Origin: Styela clava
Lineage: Eukaryota
Assembly (NCBI RefSeq): GCF_964204865.1
Contig: NC_135253.1
Location: 23,684,001-23,748,000 of the forward strand
DNA length: 64,000 nucleotides
Direction: 5' to 3'
Shown piece after piece: positions 36,701 through 50,628 of this stretch; positions within the stretch are counted from its first letter, which is position 1, and each line of letters opens with the position of its first letter. The notes beneath the pieces are model-generated. The model saw only the letters and a program-made list of their open reading frames with translations. It did not search any database and was not told the DNA's origin. Made by a program: the position numbers and the translations under genes.

Positions 36701-38155
36701 ATTTTCATGGGTTAGTGGTCAAGTTAGACAGCTGAATAAATCCTGTGGTCGGGAGAGCAGCTGTTGTGTACAAAATACGAGGGAGCCCAAGCTGCGTAAC
36801 AGATTACCGTCTAGTGGCAAATAATCAGCCGTAGTAATGGCGATTAGTTGGCTGTTAGCTACCCATCAATCGATCGTAATCTAATTAAGAAGCCTCCTAG
36901 CATCCTGAAATGTATTTACTAAGTTTGTGGGATAAGTGGGGCTACGCCACACACTGTTTGAAACGAACAGAGAGTTAATTATGATTTTTATGTAGCTTGG
37001 ATATTATTTTTGATATTATCCCAGGGAAAGATTATCCCGAAAGCTGGTAAAACGGCTTAATCATACAATTTAATCACGGCGTCTCGTCCGGTTACCAGTC
37101 TATATTGGATATCAATTTAGTTAGCCAGGTATTTGTTTTCAAATGCAAAGACTGGAGGAAGCGACAATATCGACAGAATGATCGCCATATTAGTGTTATA
37201 AGGATTTGGTATTAGTATACAGGGGCGTAAAGGCGAATTTTCAAAACGAGTGGGTTGGGGGGGGGGGGGGGGGTTAGGGGTAAATGTTTTGAAGGGAACG
37301 TTATTATGGGTTTTCAAGAGTTTTGTGGTTTTATAAAGCGTTGCAAGCTACGAAAAAAAACTAGTATTTTTGATACCATTCTATTCTACATTTCTAAATT
37401 AGGAGGGAACCCTTTTCTTGACTAATGGGATTTACCTATACATTTATATATAAGGAAATCGAAAGCTTTCGAAGTTTTTCAATGCATTTTATGACTAATT
37501 GGCTCATTAAAAAGCGAGACCGTCCTGGGGTAACCACCGCATATTTTTCAAAGCAAAAATTGCAAGTTGTCATTATGTAGTAACCATCTTAGAAAGCTTA
37601 TTACGTCACTTTCTTGTTAACTATTTTCTATTATTATATCACAAGGTGTTAAAGACACCACCTGAGCTCATACTGCTATCACAAAAAGCAGAGTGTCGAC
37701 AAATAAAGCAACGATTTTGCAAATAAAGTTAGAGTTGATAAACGTGCCTAAAACGCATGGTGATTCATTCGAATACCATTTTGAAGTCGCTACAAAGAAT
37801 CATTATCTGATATTTTGAAGGAATAAACTCATTAGGATTGATAACTCGTAGCATTAAGGTATCGGAATGTATGATCTACCAAATTACACTTTAATTGACT
37901 TCCGGATTTCTCGCCAAGACAGATAGTATTTAGGAAAATGGAGGACATTTATTGATATTGAGTTGACATAACGTCTTAAAACTTTTTCGGTAAGGTGAAA
38001 TACCTTTATCAAATTACCACCCCCGCCCACGTTTGTATAGTTGACACACAGTGCTTTGATTAAAAACAGACACGATTGCTATCGAAACTCTGCAAATTGT
38101 AATCGTCTTTGTTTCAAATATGCCTCTGTACAAACTATGTAGGAAATCTGATAAT

Positions 38156-38530
38156 TAGGGCTGGTCGTTTAGAATCTAATATTCGAGTCGAATCGAATAG
38201 AAAATTATTCGAATCGGTTCTGACTCGAATTTCAAAACGCCATCTCGTTTTTGTCGACCCGCAGGTCGAGATGAATCCCACATTTTTTCATTCATATCAA
38301 ATTTTTTAAAATGCAATTCTGTCTTTTTTCTTCCTAGTAATTTATTGGAGAAACATGTTACTTACTGTGTGTGAAGACTCAGCGAACTGTCTGAGTGATA
38401 GATTACATGTTTTCACTAATTTATGTGCCAGAAGGACGCATTACAATAAAACAGTCAATACAACAACACTTCTTCCGAGTATTCGCGATTCGATTCGAAA
38501 AAAAATTTTCGTTCTGATTCTAAGGACCTA
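38156..38530. mobile_element. hAT (TAGGG-ended) MITE, diverged copy of 45087-45504
   Basis: Collinear similarity to 45087-45504 (TAGGGCTGG, ATTCGAATCGGTTC, CGCCATCT, CGATTCGAAAAAAA). Confidence 0.7.
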
Positions 38531-41500
38531 ATGATATTATGACTTGTTTAAGGTTAACATATATAAACAACCGTATTTTCGCCATCTTCAGCTTGAACGT
38601 ACGTAACTACGCAAGCTATTGAAACTCTCGAAAACTACTACCGGGGGTGCTAAACGACCTTGATTCACTCCACGATGACCTTGAGACTGGTTTATATATG
38701 TAAGTTGTGTTTGAAATTCAAATAAGGTTCGATACAAGCAGCCTCTGTTAGGTAACCAGCTATCATATTTTAAAAAAGCCGGAACCTTTTCCCCCTCGGC
38801 ATTATTTCCCCAATTTATAGCAACCTGGGCGAGACGTATCGCCCCATTTTCACAAAATATACAATAATTATTATAAAATTTACCATTAGGGGCGCCAAAC
38901 GACCTTGAGCCGCCCCTGAATGACCTTGGTGATAAATCATCCTAAATATCATACATTAAAAAGCAGCTGAGATAAATAATAAACGATTTATTATTTCTCC
39001 ATAATGCGAAGCTATCATGGAAAAAAAATTCCCATAAATTTTGCTAAATAGATCGGAACTGTTTAATTAACCGAATAATGGGGCAATTATTTGGGGATAA
39101 AACCCGAAAATAAGAAAATTAAACCTACATTTGATATAGAATGTTACAAAATTGGATAATAGCCTTCGGGAACCGGAATTTTCGCTTAATGGGTCGATAT
39201 CAAGAGGTATTTGGGTTCCTTTTGTCGCAATTGAAATGGGATAAATATGTTTTATTGCCGACTGTACGATTTGAAAATGTAGTAAATTTTACTTGAATTT
39301 GCAAGTGATTTGTGTTATGTGGTTGGGTGATGTAAATTGTATCTAACTTCAGTTTGTGTTGGCATTGGACATATATTAGAATACCGTGTTTCTAGCAATT
39401 GAAAAGGAATAAATGTTTTAATTGACGAGTTTACCCTATGAAAAGTTAGTAAAATTTACTGGAAATTTGAAATGATTTGCGTTCCGCGGTTGGTTGGTGT
39501 AAATTGTATTCAATTTTTTCTATGACTTTTGGCAAGGGCGTAGTCATGAATTGTCAAAAGGAGGGGGGTACCGAGGTGTAATCAATTAGGGCCCGCGTAA
39601 CGATTTAATATGGGCCGATGGGCCGCTCAACTCAAGTAATATGATTTAACTCTTTTTGTTGTACTGTTTTCGTTCTAGATACCGCCAATGGTTACGTGTA
39701 TTATCACAGTTAAGCACGTGTACATTCGTGACAATTATGTTATACCGATATCTTAATAATTCGTACCGGTATCGGCCCTTTGCGCTTTCTTTCCCGGCCC
39801 GCAAATATTCTTCGCTTCTAATTTTTGCCCGGTCAATCAACTTTGGGATCCACTGCTTTAGGGCGTGATTCAACAATTCTTTCATTTTTACCAATTGTTT
39901 CCCACACTTTTCAATAGAATTCCAGAAGGTACTCAGCCGACAATAATAGTGATATATCATGTCTGTATATCTTCATATCTTCCAGACTTCCTTTAATTGA
40001 CCAAATAAATCCAGGGTACGGGTGGCCGTAAACACAGGAGCCACTTAAAATTGGGTCTTTATGATTGATTGATTGTATATGTAAGCTCAATAAACACTTT
40101 TGTGTAATAAAATGGAATTCTTATTGCTGGACGTTCGGTCGGCCGTATTGAAAAAGATTTAGAATTCGCAGTATGTTTGAAAGAAGTTTACTGTAATTGT
40201 GAGCGGGATATATCCTAATCGAACAGCGAATGATATTTTTCTTGTTTTGTTTGTGAAAAACCGTCCAAAATGCTGGAAAAATCAATTTTGAATTAAATCA
40301 CTTTGAGGTAATTCACCTAAGTTATCTTAAAAAAATAAGATCAAAACTAATAAAAAATTCTGAATTGATTATTTGGAAATCAACATTCACATTTTTAAAA
40401 TTTTCAGTATCAATTTCTTGAAACTTTGTGTTATATTTTTCAATAAACTGTGTACGCTTCGACGAAGCATTCCAGTTTTCTAATTTTAGTTGATATTTTT
40501 CTTTTTATTAATATAAAAAAAACGCTTTTATTATTAACTACGGGATCAATTGCCTTCAAAATTTTCAGTGTTTGAAGATGGTATTTTTTGCTAGAAGACT
40601 AATACTGTTATTTAATTCAAAACTTTCTGTGGGCTCTTTGGAATTCGTTTTTAACTTCGAAATTTTGTATAATGACCTTTTGAAAATTAATACAAATTCT
40701 TTGTAACGGTTTTTTAACCTATCTCTCGTGGAACTTTTTTGTTTGCGTTGAAGCGATTCTAATTCTCACTTTCCACTTGTGAATCATGCCAACTTTATTT
40801 ATTTTGATGAGCTGAAGAAAATGTATTTTTAATTTAACCCCAAAAATTTAAATTTGAATTTTTGCAAATAGAGACTTTTTGAAAATATTTGCACCAAAAG
40901 TAAATTATTCTTGATTTATTGACCCAAAGTGTTTGCCAAGCTTTTTATGCCGAATTGAGCTAAAATATATTTGTTTTATCTGTTAATTGTGTGCGAGGCA
41001 TCACTTAGTTTTTATCCATCTTTTTACTAAGTATGATCGAACGTACAGGAAACTTCCTAACTCGGAAGTAAACGATCAAAAAAATCATTATTGAACACGG
41101 AGTTGAATTTTGCTGAATTATTGCTGTTGTTGATAGTCTTAGTATGCTAGCTAGGCTATGCTAGTTGTTGTGAAAAATCGCCTTTTCTGCAACTCCCGTC
41201 CATCAAAATTTCAGTACTTAGAGACGAAAAAAAAGAATATTGCTATTACTTCTCCAAAATCGCTCCTGAATTCTGTTTGTTTTATTTGAAGTCTGAAGTC
41301 TGTTTTAAAGTCGCTAGTAAGTCATTACTTTCGTTATGTCACTCAAATTATAAACTCACATTATAAAACAAATATTTTTGGTATTTCGATAGAACCTCGA
41401 TTCAAAAATAAAAATTTAAAAACATTTTGGCCCTGATAAAAAGATGTTCAAGTGTACTAAGAAGTATGATCGAACGTACTGTAATCTTCCTAAATCGGAA

Positions 41501-43385
41501 GTAAACGATCAGGAGAAATTATTTATTGAAGTTACATTCTGCTAAATTATTGTTTATTCAATATCATAAAGAATCACTCTACAGACATGATAATGGCTTA
41601 TGACGCATATGATTGGGTAAGCAAAACCTAGACGGAAAGATATATTTTTTCAAATCGGTAAAATAAATCGTCACTCGTCTATTACGTGTCTCTCCGCCCC
41701 AGACCAAGTTCGTCTATCGTACGGTATTTTATATTTTATTTCATTTCATGGAATAACAGCCCAAAAATTTTAATTTGCTTTAAAATATTTTGTTTTTGAC
41801 AAACACATAAAAATACATCTATCAATCAAACTCTAATTGTCGTTTAGTGTTCCATTAGTAAGCCGTGATTCGATTGTAAAATGGACAATAAATTTAATTT
41901 CGCCCACGCGGTAAATTTGAAAAAATATCTTTATTTTATTAGTGTCAGAATATTTTATAATTTTTAAATTGAACCTCTGGCAAAATATTAAAAATGGTAT
42001 TCCTCTCTATTAGGCGTTTTCAGTTATTCACACCAAGCAATCACGCGTACACGGAATAAGCTATTATTTTTAAAAGACCGAAGTTTTTTCATTTTGGCTT
42101 TTTTCAGATCCTAACTCAAAACAAAGATCTTTACAAAAAGCTATCGATATGTTAAGACTTACTATTATTTGAAAGGGATCCATTCAGTTCGGAATCGCAT
42201 ACCCGATTTATTTCACCCTGGTTGATATGGTAGGCGTAGAGATTCAACCACAAAAAATAATGCTCAAATACTAAAGTGAACTCGCCGCTTTTTTAAACGA
42301 GAAAAATATAAACGAGAATATCGGTCAGAAACCGAAGAATTATCGATTGAAAGTTAGGGGATCCACAATACAGAAACTGCGGTTTTGATTCATCCGCTAT
42401 GACATCATAGCGACACCGTGTGTCCCATCACTGATTAATTTATAACTCGTTAATTACACGACCTAATACATCCAGAATCAATAGGCTTCTGGTCCGAGAT
42501 ATGATAAATGCACAGGCAAAATTTGGAACAGATTCAACCTCGCTTTAGTGAGATATCGCGTAACATATGAACAAACAGACAAATACCCATCAACATACCG
42601 ATCAAAATCGATAAGTAATAAATAGATAGCTATGCTTAATAAACAGATGGTTATTATAAATATTCGCCATATTTAAAACCATAAAAGAACCAGGCCGTCA
42701 TCTATTCATTTCCGGAAGCCTCTGTACAAGAATTTACGCGTACAGAATGAGTTATTATTTTTACAAGCCCGAAATCTCACCATTCCGTTCTTTTTTTTCA
42801 ATCTTAACTGAAAACAAAGTTATCAGTATTTTGAATTTGCTATTTGATTTTTTTCTCTTTTCTTCATCACTTCGCGATTTTCTGTAAAACCTGGCAATCT
42901 CGCTATGGGCACTAGGGGCGCTAGTGACTCAAAACTACTAGTAAATATTTTCAACAAAAATCAAGGTAAAGAGTTCATTTTACATTTGATCGCGTGGAAG
43001 ACGTAAAACGCAACATTTTGACATTTTTATTCCGATTTTTTTCGGGTTTGTTACTTTCAAAATCGGTTACTCAGTTTTCAACGAATACATTTTCATCAAC
43101 TCCACAACCTTAAAGTCAGGTTGATCGAAGTCTATTTATGCGCACTGGGAAATATATTTTATGAAAAGACCGGCCCTCTGTGATATTGAGGTTTTGTACA
43201 TGGATCTTTCGTAAATATTGTTGAGTAGCCTTAATCTAGAACCGGGATCTTCAAACTTTTCGTGTTATGAAGCCTGTGGAAGGTTGACTATTACTTACGG
43301 ATCCCCGCAATAAATTTATAAAAATTATCTATTTGAACTTAGATAATGTCATATTTGAACTGCCGCATTGTTGCCACATTTCGAC

Positions 43386-43712
43386 GGTACTGTTGTCAAA
43401 TGCCATTTTTACTATTTATCTTTCTGCACAGTTACAAAATTGGCCAAGTCAGTATTTTGATGAGTAAACGAATACGAATTTTATTTAATGTAATCGGTCT
43501 GTCGAAGGACGTAGAGGGGCGGGGGAGATAACTCGGAACCCTGGTACTGTTGTCAAATGCCATTTTTACTATTTATCTTTCTGCACAGTTACAAAATTGG
43601 CCAAGTCAGTATTTTAATATGTAAACGATTAATGAATACGAATTATTTTTAATGTAATCGGTCTGCCTAAGGACGTTGCCTAGAAGAGGAGCGGAGTAGA
43701 TCACTCGGAATC
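43386..43712. repeat. About 157-bp tandem duplication
   Basis: GGTACTGTTGTCAAATGCCATTTTTACTATTTATC... at 43386 and 43543. Confidence 0.85.
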
Positions 43713-43936
43713 TTTGTAAAGTAAAATAAAGCATCTTTGGTATCATGTATAGCAATTCTTCTTAGCTTGAAATGATTTTTAGACCCTCAAAACTATTGAC
43801 AACCCATGGTTTTCGGCCTATCTATACTTGATACGGTCTAACTTGGCGATTAGAAATTTCAAGAACAAATTTGCGAATTCTTGGCTTCGCCCCCGGGCTC
43901 GCCTCTGTAAAACGGCAGGGAACCAATGATTTAGTG

Positions 43937-44442
43937 CCGTGGTTCTCAATGTAGGCGTCGCGACGCACAAGTGTGTCGTTTCAATTTTGCTAGGGGCCTC
44001 GCGGAATTTTTCTTTATTTGCGGAATTGTACCTGTTTTGAGATGTGTCAAAAAATGCTAAATATCAAATTGCACTGTTGAAGTGTACAAGCGAAACTGAA
44101 CAAGAAATTCTAAAAAGAAGATTCGCAAGTAGTCCGTATTTAGGTGAAGCAGGCTTTTTTACTATGGCCGCAATTAAGACGAAATATCAATCTAGTGTAA
44201 AATGCTGAAAGAAAATGCGTGCGGATCTTTCACAATTCACCCTAAGATTCAATGGCATTTATATAAAAGAAGGAAATACACTCATAAAAAAAATTAAATG
44301 CGATTTCAATGACTTTCGTTACGTTTTGTCATTACCAAAGAGGTCTTTTATTAAATTGTATAAGTCGTTTTTTACGGGGAGTCGCAATTTGAGCATGTTT
44401 TACGGAAGGGCGTCTCAATTCAAATAAGTTTGAGAACCACTA
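43937..44442. mobile_element. Buster-type hAT MITE
   Basis: CCGTGGTTCTCAA...TTGAGAACCACTA; TSD ATTTAGTG/GTTTAGTG with central TA; TIR resembles that of the autonomous element. Confidence 0.78.
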
Positions 44443-45086
44443 GTTTAGTGTATTGTCTTAAATACCCACCGCTCGTTCATCTAAAACCAATTCGTTTTGA
44501 CGCAAGCAAAATTTTTCAATGTAAATCAAGTCATGCGTGACGCAGAATTTGCACGAAACTGTTTAAACGTATTACAAGGATTAGCCGAGGACAAAATGTC
44601 TTAAAAACCCAGAAAATCGGCCCCAACCGCGCGGAACAATAATTAACCCTTTGCGGACATTATTGCTGTATTGTACAGTAGGATATGATTTTCATATTGC
44701 AGGTATTTACAGAAAATATAAATTTGGCTCGTTAAAGTGAGTTTTGGTAGGTTTTTGACGATTTTAGTTGTTTTTGATTATCCGATTTTTTAATAATCAA
44801 ATCCCTATTTATCGTGGGGGCAAGGAAAATATACAATATGATATAACATATAGGTGTGAATAGTGATCATATAAGAGTGATCATCACGAATTGTGAAAAT
44901 ATGAATTCGTCATTGAGCACTATAGCTGTATCACGTGATATGATTTTCAGTGCATTGTGGTTAGAGAAGAAAGCCGTTAGGATGACTCAAAATATGACAA
45001 TATTGCCCTATGGACTGGTTTTAATATATTTGTGGTGGATGGGGGAAGTGGATAAACTTTTCATGACGGGGGTCTTAGAACATGGA

Positions 45087-45504
45087 TAGGGCTAGGCATT
45101 TCAAATCGAATATTCGATTCGAACCGAATAGTGAAATATTCGAATCGGTTCAGAGCAAAATTTCGCATCGCCGCCATCTTGTTTTTTCCTTACCTCCCAG
45201 CGGTCGACGTGAATTCCTTAATTTTTTTTATTGTAGCCATATTTTTTCAATGCAATTCAGACATGAATATTTTTTGTAGTGAGTTATTGATAAAACGAGT
45301 TTTTTATTGTGTGTGAACGCTCAGCAATCTGTCTGAGTGCTGTATTCTACGTTTTCAGTAACTCATTCGTTGAAAGGTCCAATTACAATAAAAAAAAATT
45401 GCGCACAATTCCAAATCTCCCAAGTATTTAAGCTTCGATACGATTCGAAAAAAATATTCGATTCGATTCTGAAATCATCAGGTATTCGAAAATGCCCAGC
45501 CCTA
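45087..45504. mobile_element. hAT (TAGGG-ended) MITE with TTCGA repeats
   Basis: TAGGGCTAGGCATTT...AAATGCCCAGCCCTA; TSD AACATGGA/GTCATGGA. Confidence 0.8.
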
Positions 45505-45734
45505 GTCATGGATGAGGGACGGGGGCTCTTCCATATAATCCTTTACGTTTGCTGGTTGTTAATTCATTGTTAAGTTGAAGGGTTCCGTACATCAATATAA
45601 CTTGAACAAAACACACATTTTTGCCGTTTGCCCACAAATGCCACTCTATTGCAAGCAAGGGGTTAATATATTACCAATTTTTCAAGTTGTCGGTAACGAG
45701 AGAGTTATTGATGGGTGAAACTGATGTAACCCGA

Positions 45735-47510
45735 TTCCACTCGTTGCGAAAACAAAAAATATTGTAGCAGTTTGTTGCCGTGAGCAAAGATGAAAGAATG
45801 TTACTGATTGTACATTGCAGGAACTCATACTTTTAGAGACCTCCGTTCACTCAAACCCGGAAGTTTAAGCCGGAATCTGGATGTAATTTCGGAAGATAGG
45901 GAGTTCACTCGTTGGGAAAACGAAAAATATTGAAGCGAGTTTGTTGTCGTGAGAATGTCTAGAAGAAAGCTGGTGATGTGTACTGTATTGTGAGGATTCA
46001 TACATTTAGAAAATGAGCTTGACCCCAATCCGGAAGTTCAATCTGGATCCCGGAAGTTTCAATTTAAATTGAGACAGCGAAGGAATAAAGAAATTCTTTG
46101 TATTAATACTGTACCATGAGCCGTTGCAAAGATAAATCTATTACATCGTGTAAGTATTTTGTAACACTTCTATAAGTGTTCTTTTTGTTTTCATTTTAAA
46201 ATCGCCCATTCGTTGCAAAAACAGAAAATACTGTAACAAGTTTTGTTGCTGTGAAAAGGGGTATAAGAATGTTGGTGTTTTATTTGAGTATTATGAGCAG
46301 ACTGAAAGACGATCATTCTAGCGTATTATAGTTCCCTGTACTCTTCTACTTTTAGTTGAAAGCTAGGGGTCTTCGGACTATAAAAATGTTATCGGTGTAT
46401 AGATTGCAGAGACAGATTTCATGATTCTATAAATTTATTCTGACCCTAACCCGGAAGATCACAAGTCCGGAAATAAATTGCGGATCAGGATGTAATTTGT
46501 GAGGTTTTATTTGAATATTCGAAATCAGCTGAAGAATTTGATAATTGATTGTTCGTGTTGCTACTGTTTCCCCAACATTGGTAATTTGTTATTCTCTGTT
46601 GTGAGGATATATATAGTACTCATATAGCCACTGAAAGCTTGTAACTCCACTGCGAGCGCACTTCCTACTTCTAATTGCGGGTCCTGAGCATGTTTGTTGT
46701 CGCGAGCGAGGGTTGAAAAATTGTGTGTAGTAGATTGCATGTAGTGTGATTTACACGTTTAAAAACTGTATGGTTGACCCCAACCCGGAAGTTGAATCAG
46801 CAATCCGGAGGTAATCCGTTCGTTTCTTATTCGAATTTTATTTGAATTTTATTTTTTTGTAATTGTTAGCGGTAACACTTTTTTTAAGACAGTTAACTTG
46901 AATTTTTGTGAATAAAATGCAAGCCATTTTACGCTAATGAACCTATATTTAGATACTTATTAGTGTAAGTTCAAGCGGAACCCGGAAATAATACGTGATC
47001 TTTTTAAATATATATTAGGAGTAGGCTTAAAGTTTGATAATTGATTTTTAGTGTTTCCTTGGTAGTTTTCAGTGGACTTTTGTTTTTTATCAATCGCCAT
47101 TCACTGGAATTTCTGACGCAAGCATTATATATCGCTTGCAACTCTTCTATTAGTATTCCTTTCTGCTTTTTTAACTGAAAGTTTTGGGAGGGAGTACGAC
47201 TTTGCTTTGAGCACACCCCGTTCGTTGCAAACACAAATGTATTAGATAGTTTGTTGCCGTGTGCGAGGTTGGAACGATGTTAGTGATGAATAGTAGTAGA
47301 GTGAGGGGACATAGTTCACAATTTAAGACGTCTAACTTGACCTCAACCCGGAAGTTCACAAACCCGGAAATAAATTTCGAGATTAAAGAGAGTTTGTTGC
47401 CGTGGTCAAGATTAGAAAGATTTTAGCAATTTCTAGATTGCAGTTTCAGTTTTAAAACTCAAGCCTGACCCCAAACCGGAAGTTCAAGATTGAATCTGAA
47501 AATAAATCGC
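45735..47510 (+). repeat. Degenerate repeat array with recurrent TGACCCCAACCCGGAAGTT core
   Basis: Six CCGGAAGT and three CCGGAAAT on one strand, interleaved with recurrent TCGTTGC.AAAAC and AGTTTGTTGCCGTG blocks. Confidence 0.72.
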
Positions 47511-48523
47511 GAGATTTTCAGTTGGATTAAGATTGTCGAAGATAAGAAATTGTTGATGTCAATACTGTTTTCCTGACAGCCTTAACTTGAATTTTATTTC
47601 AAATTAACAGATAGTAGGGGTGAAAGTATGTTTTATTCAAAAAAACACGTTGAAAATACGTGGATGGAACGTAAATAATGAAATAAATAAAAAGTTTCAA
47701 AATGTAAATATCAAAAATAAGGCGAGCAATATCAAATTTAATCAATATTTTTATTTTTTATTAGCTTCACGCCCCCCTAAAAATTGTCTACGCCCCCTTG
47801 TGGGGTGCGCCCCACTGTTTTAGAACTACTGGGTGATGTATTCGAGTAGAGTAGGCAGGCCCGAATCAAAAAGTTTTTGATCCTTTAAATAATAATAGAT
47901 GTCTAACTATCATTGCCCGCTTGCACAGAGCTTTCTTCAGAAAAAGAAGCGTAAAAATATCTCACAAAAAAAAACACAATTATTCCCAAGAACTTTTCAT
48001 ACGATAAACTAAAAATGGAACAAAATTATCGAGAAATTTGAAGTAGATTTTTTTGCATAATAATTAGGCCGCATTATAATTTTCCGATAGCTTTATTTTG
48101 TCTGCAGCTGGTAAGATAATTTCATGAGAAATTTTTTTGTTCGACGTGTTCGACGCTCTGCCCGGTATGATTATTCTTCTTTACATATGCTCGAGTAGTT
48201 GGTATATCATTATACTAGTAAATGTAAGCTAAATGGCCCTTCAAGGGGATCACAGACGACCAGTGGGAGGGGGCCCACAATGCTAGACTCAAAACTGATT
48301 TTACTTTTACTTTTGCAAGAAAACTCCCCGTTTTTCTTATTTACATTGTTGGGGGGGGGGGTAAAAATGTAAAAAAAATGCATTTTCCGGTATCATGCAT
48401 AGCAATTTTTCGTTGTTTGAAACGCTTTCTAGACCATCAAGGCACTCAAGAACCCACGTTTTCCGGACCTGCTTACTGTTACGGTCTAACTTAGAAATTA
48501 CGCCCCTTCCATAGACAATAGAC

Positions 48524-48759
48524 GGTGCTCCCGAAGTATGCGAACCAAGATGGCGGACATCGGAACATTACATGGGTAACAGGTTAGGGTTAGGCGATAA
48601 TTTTTTTCCAATTTTCCTTATTTTAGTCCTATTATCAGTTCGAAAACTAGCCAAGAGCCTCCCGTAGTATTTATACCTAAAATTATGGCCTAGCCCTAAC
48701 CTAGTACACATATTACATTCCGATGTCCGCCATCTTGGTTCGCATACTTCGGGAGCCCC
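48524..48759. mobile_element. Merlin-like MITE family A
   Basis: Perfect TSD CAATAGAC; near-identical reverse complement of 27795-28031. Confidence 0.9.
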
Positions 48760-49309
48760 CAATAGACAATATTTTTATATATTAATATCAATTTTCAATG
48801 CAAATCAATTTTTTTTTATCACTGAAAGATTTTCATCTTCATTTACAAAACAAAAGCCCACACAGTATTTTATTTTATATGTAGAGTATTTCACTCACTT
48901 GTTATCGTAAACACTTGAAGCTGACTTTGTGCACCTGGCCTCCATTTCACATAAGTGTGAAAACTTAACGAAACATATAATTTGCAAAATCTGACGCTGA
49001 AAATTTGAATTTTTGAAATGGTTTTACGTCAAAATCGTGCTAATCTTGAATACCTGCAGTGTAAGAAATGCTAAGTTATGTAGTATTATTTTCATCGGCG
49101 CTCACTGCTAATAGTACTGTAGTTGGTCGGGCTTTTAAGCAAACGGCGTGGAATTAATATTATTATATGTTACTGATGGTCGCGTAGTTGTTATGTCATT
49201 ATACCAGGAAATGTAAGCTAAATTGCAGTAGCCAGATATGACTAGAGACAGAAAAAACCATACAATAAATACTTGTTCCACCACTTGGCATTATTGGACA
49301 CGGAATGTA

Positions 49310-49875
49310 ATTATTGTTGTTATTTTTGTTGTTCTTGTTGGTATTTTTTTCTTGTTGTTATGAAAAAATCGCTTTTCTCTTTGATTACTGGACCAATTGC
49401 TTTGAAATCTTCAGTGGTTGAAGATTTATTTTTCTCTAGAAGCCTATTACTTTTATTCATTTCAAAAATTTCTGCGGGCTCTTGTTTTTTTGTGTGCCAT
49501 GACGTCATCAAAATTTGCGCACCTCGTAACGGTTACGTTTGCGTTAGTCGTGAAGTTTGCGGTACGTTTTGGATCTGCCGTGAATGCGTGTTAGTCTACT
49601 GTGGCAGATTGCATACCTGTACTACTTCATTTTGACATTCGTGTTACTTTGAACCATTTTGTGGGCTATATGATATTCGTTTTTTGTGTGCGAAGACGAC
49701 ATCACGACATCTAAACTAAAAAATGCGCATTTTGTGGCGGTTATGCATTCGCTGCTGTCTGGTGGTCCGGTGAAGTCTTGAAGACTGCGGTTCGGAGGTC
49801 TGCTGTGACAGATTACATACTCGTACAACTTCGTTATGACATTCGTGTCCATATATTTCGGGCGTTCTTTATAAA
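49310..49875 (-). mobile_element. Interspersed repeat, possibly Helentron-associated (HINE/DINE-like), with internal ~210-bp duplication
   Basis: AAATATATGGACACG head and AATAG(G/C)CTTCT...CACTGAA.ATTTCAAAGCAA...GAGAAAAGCGATTTTT block shared with 21660-21840 and 54495-54800; ACA-rich tail. Class assignment is inference. Confidence 0.55.
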
Positions 49876-50517
49876 TAAAAACGGGCAATTTGGTTTGTAA
49901 CGCAACGGCTCTATAAAGCTTTTCTCGCCCTCCTAAAAAGGATGCAAGTCATTTAATCATAATATTTTAAACTAACTAATCCCGCACCCGACATTGACTA
50001 GTAACGGGACGAGAAGCCATATGATTAAGTCGTCTTTTTAACCTTCCTCTCCCCCCCCCCCCCCCCCCCCGAAATAAATGTGTTAATTCTATCTTATCCT
50101 GAACTACTGGATATAAAAGTTTTACTTCTTTCTATAATACCCTCACAGCCAATGTGAGTCCGTCCACTGACACAAAAGCCGAGATAAAAGAGCAATAGTG
50201 TGTTGCGCAATACTACGATCTGCTCCCGAAATTTATAGGATTTTTCATTATCTCGCGGACGAAATTCCCAAACCACAAACCTAACTCAGTTAACGACAGT
50301 GGAATAACGCCAATAAAAATCTTACAAAATCTTACTTGCTGTTAAAAAAATTCAGAAATTACACTTAATAACGCGGGTGATTGTTTCACACATGCTCTAT
50401 CCTAGGCCAACTTAGTGTATAGATCAAGAACAAAAATATTTCCTTCAGCCCTGCATGGGGGGAAATCAAAAAAAAACATTCTTGAAAGATTGTTATAACT
50501 CCACCCATAGAAATTTG

Positions 50518-50628
50518 GGACCTCCAGAAGTATGCGCATCAAGATGGCGCACAACCTAAACATAGTATGTGTGTACTGGTTAGGATTCAGGTTGTGCGAC
50601 ATCTTGGTGCGCATACTTCTGAAGCACC
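50518..50628. mobile_element. Merlin-like MITE family C (111-bp hairpin)
   Basis: Perfect TSD GAAATTTG; near-identical to 6110-6220. Confidence 0.88.

Noticed and set aside
49273-49635. ORFs of 120 aa (+) and 63 aa (-)
   Set aside because: They lie inside an interspersed repeat also present at 21.7 and 54.7 kb; low-complexity translations.
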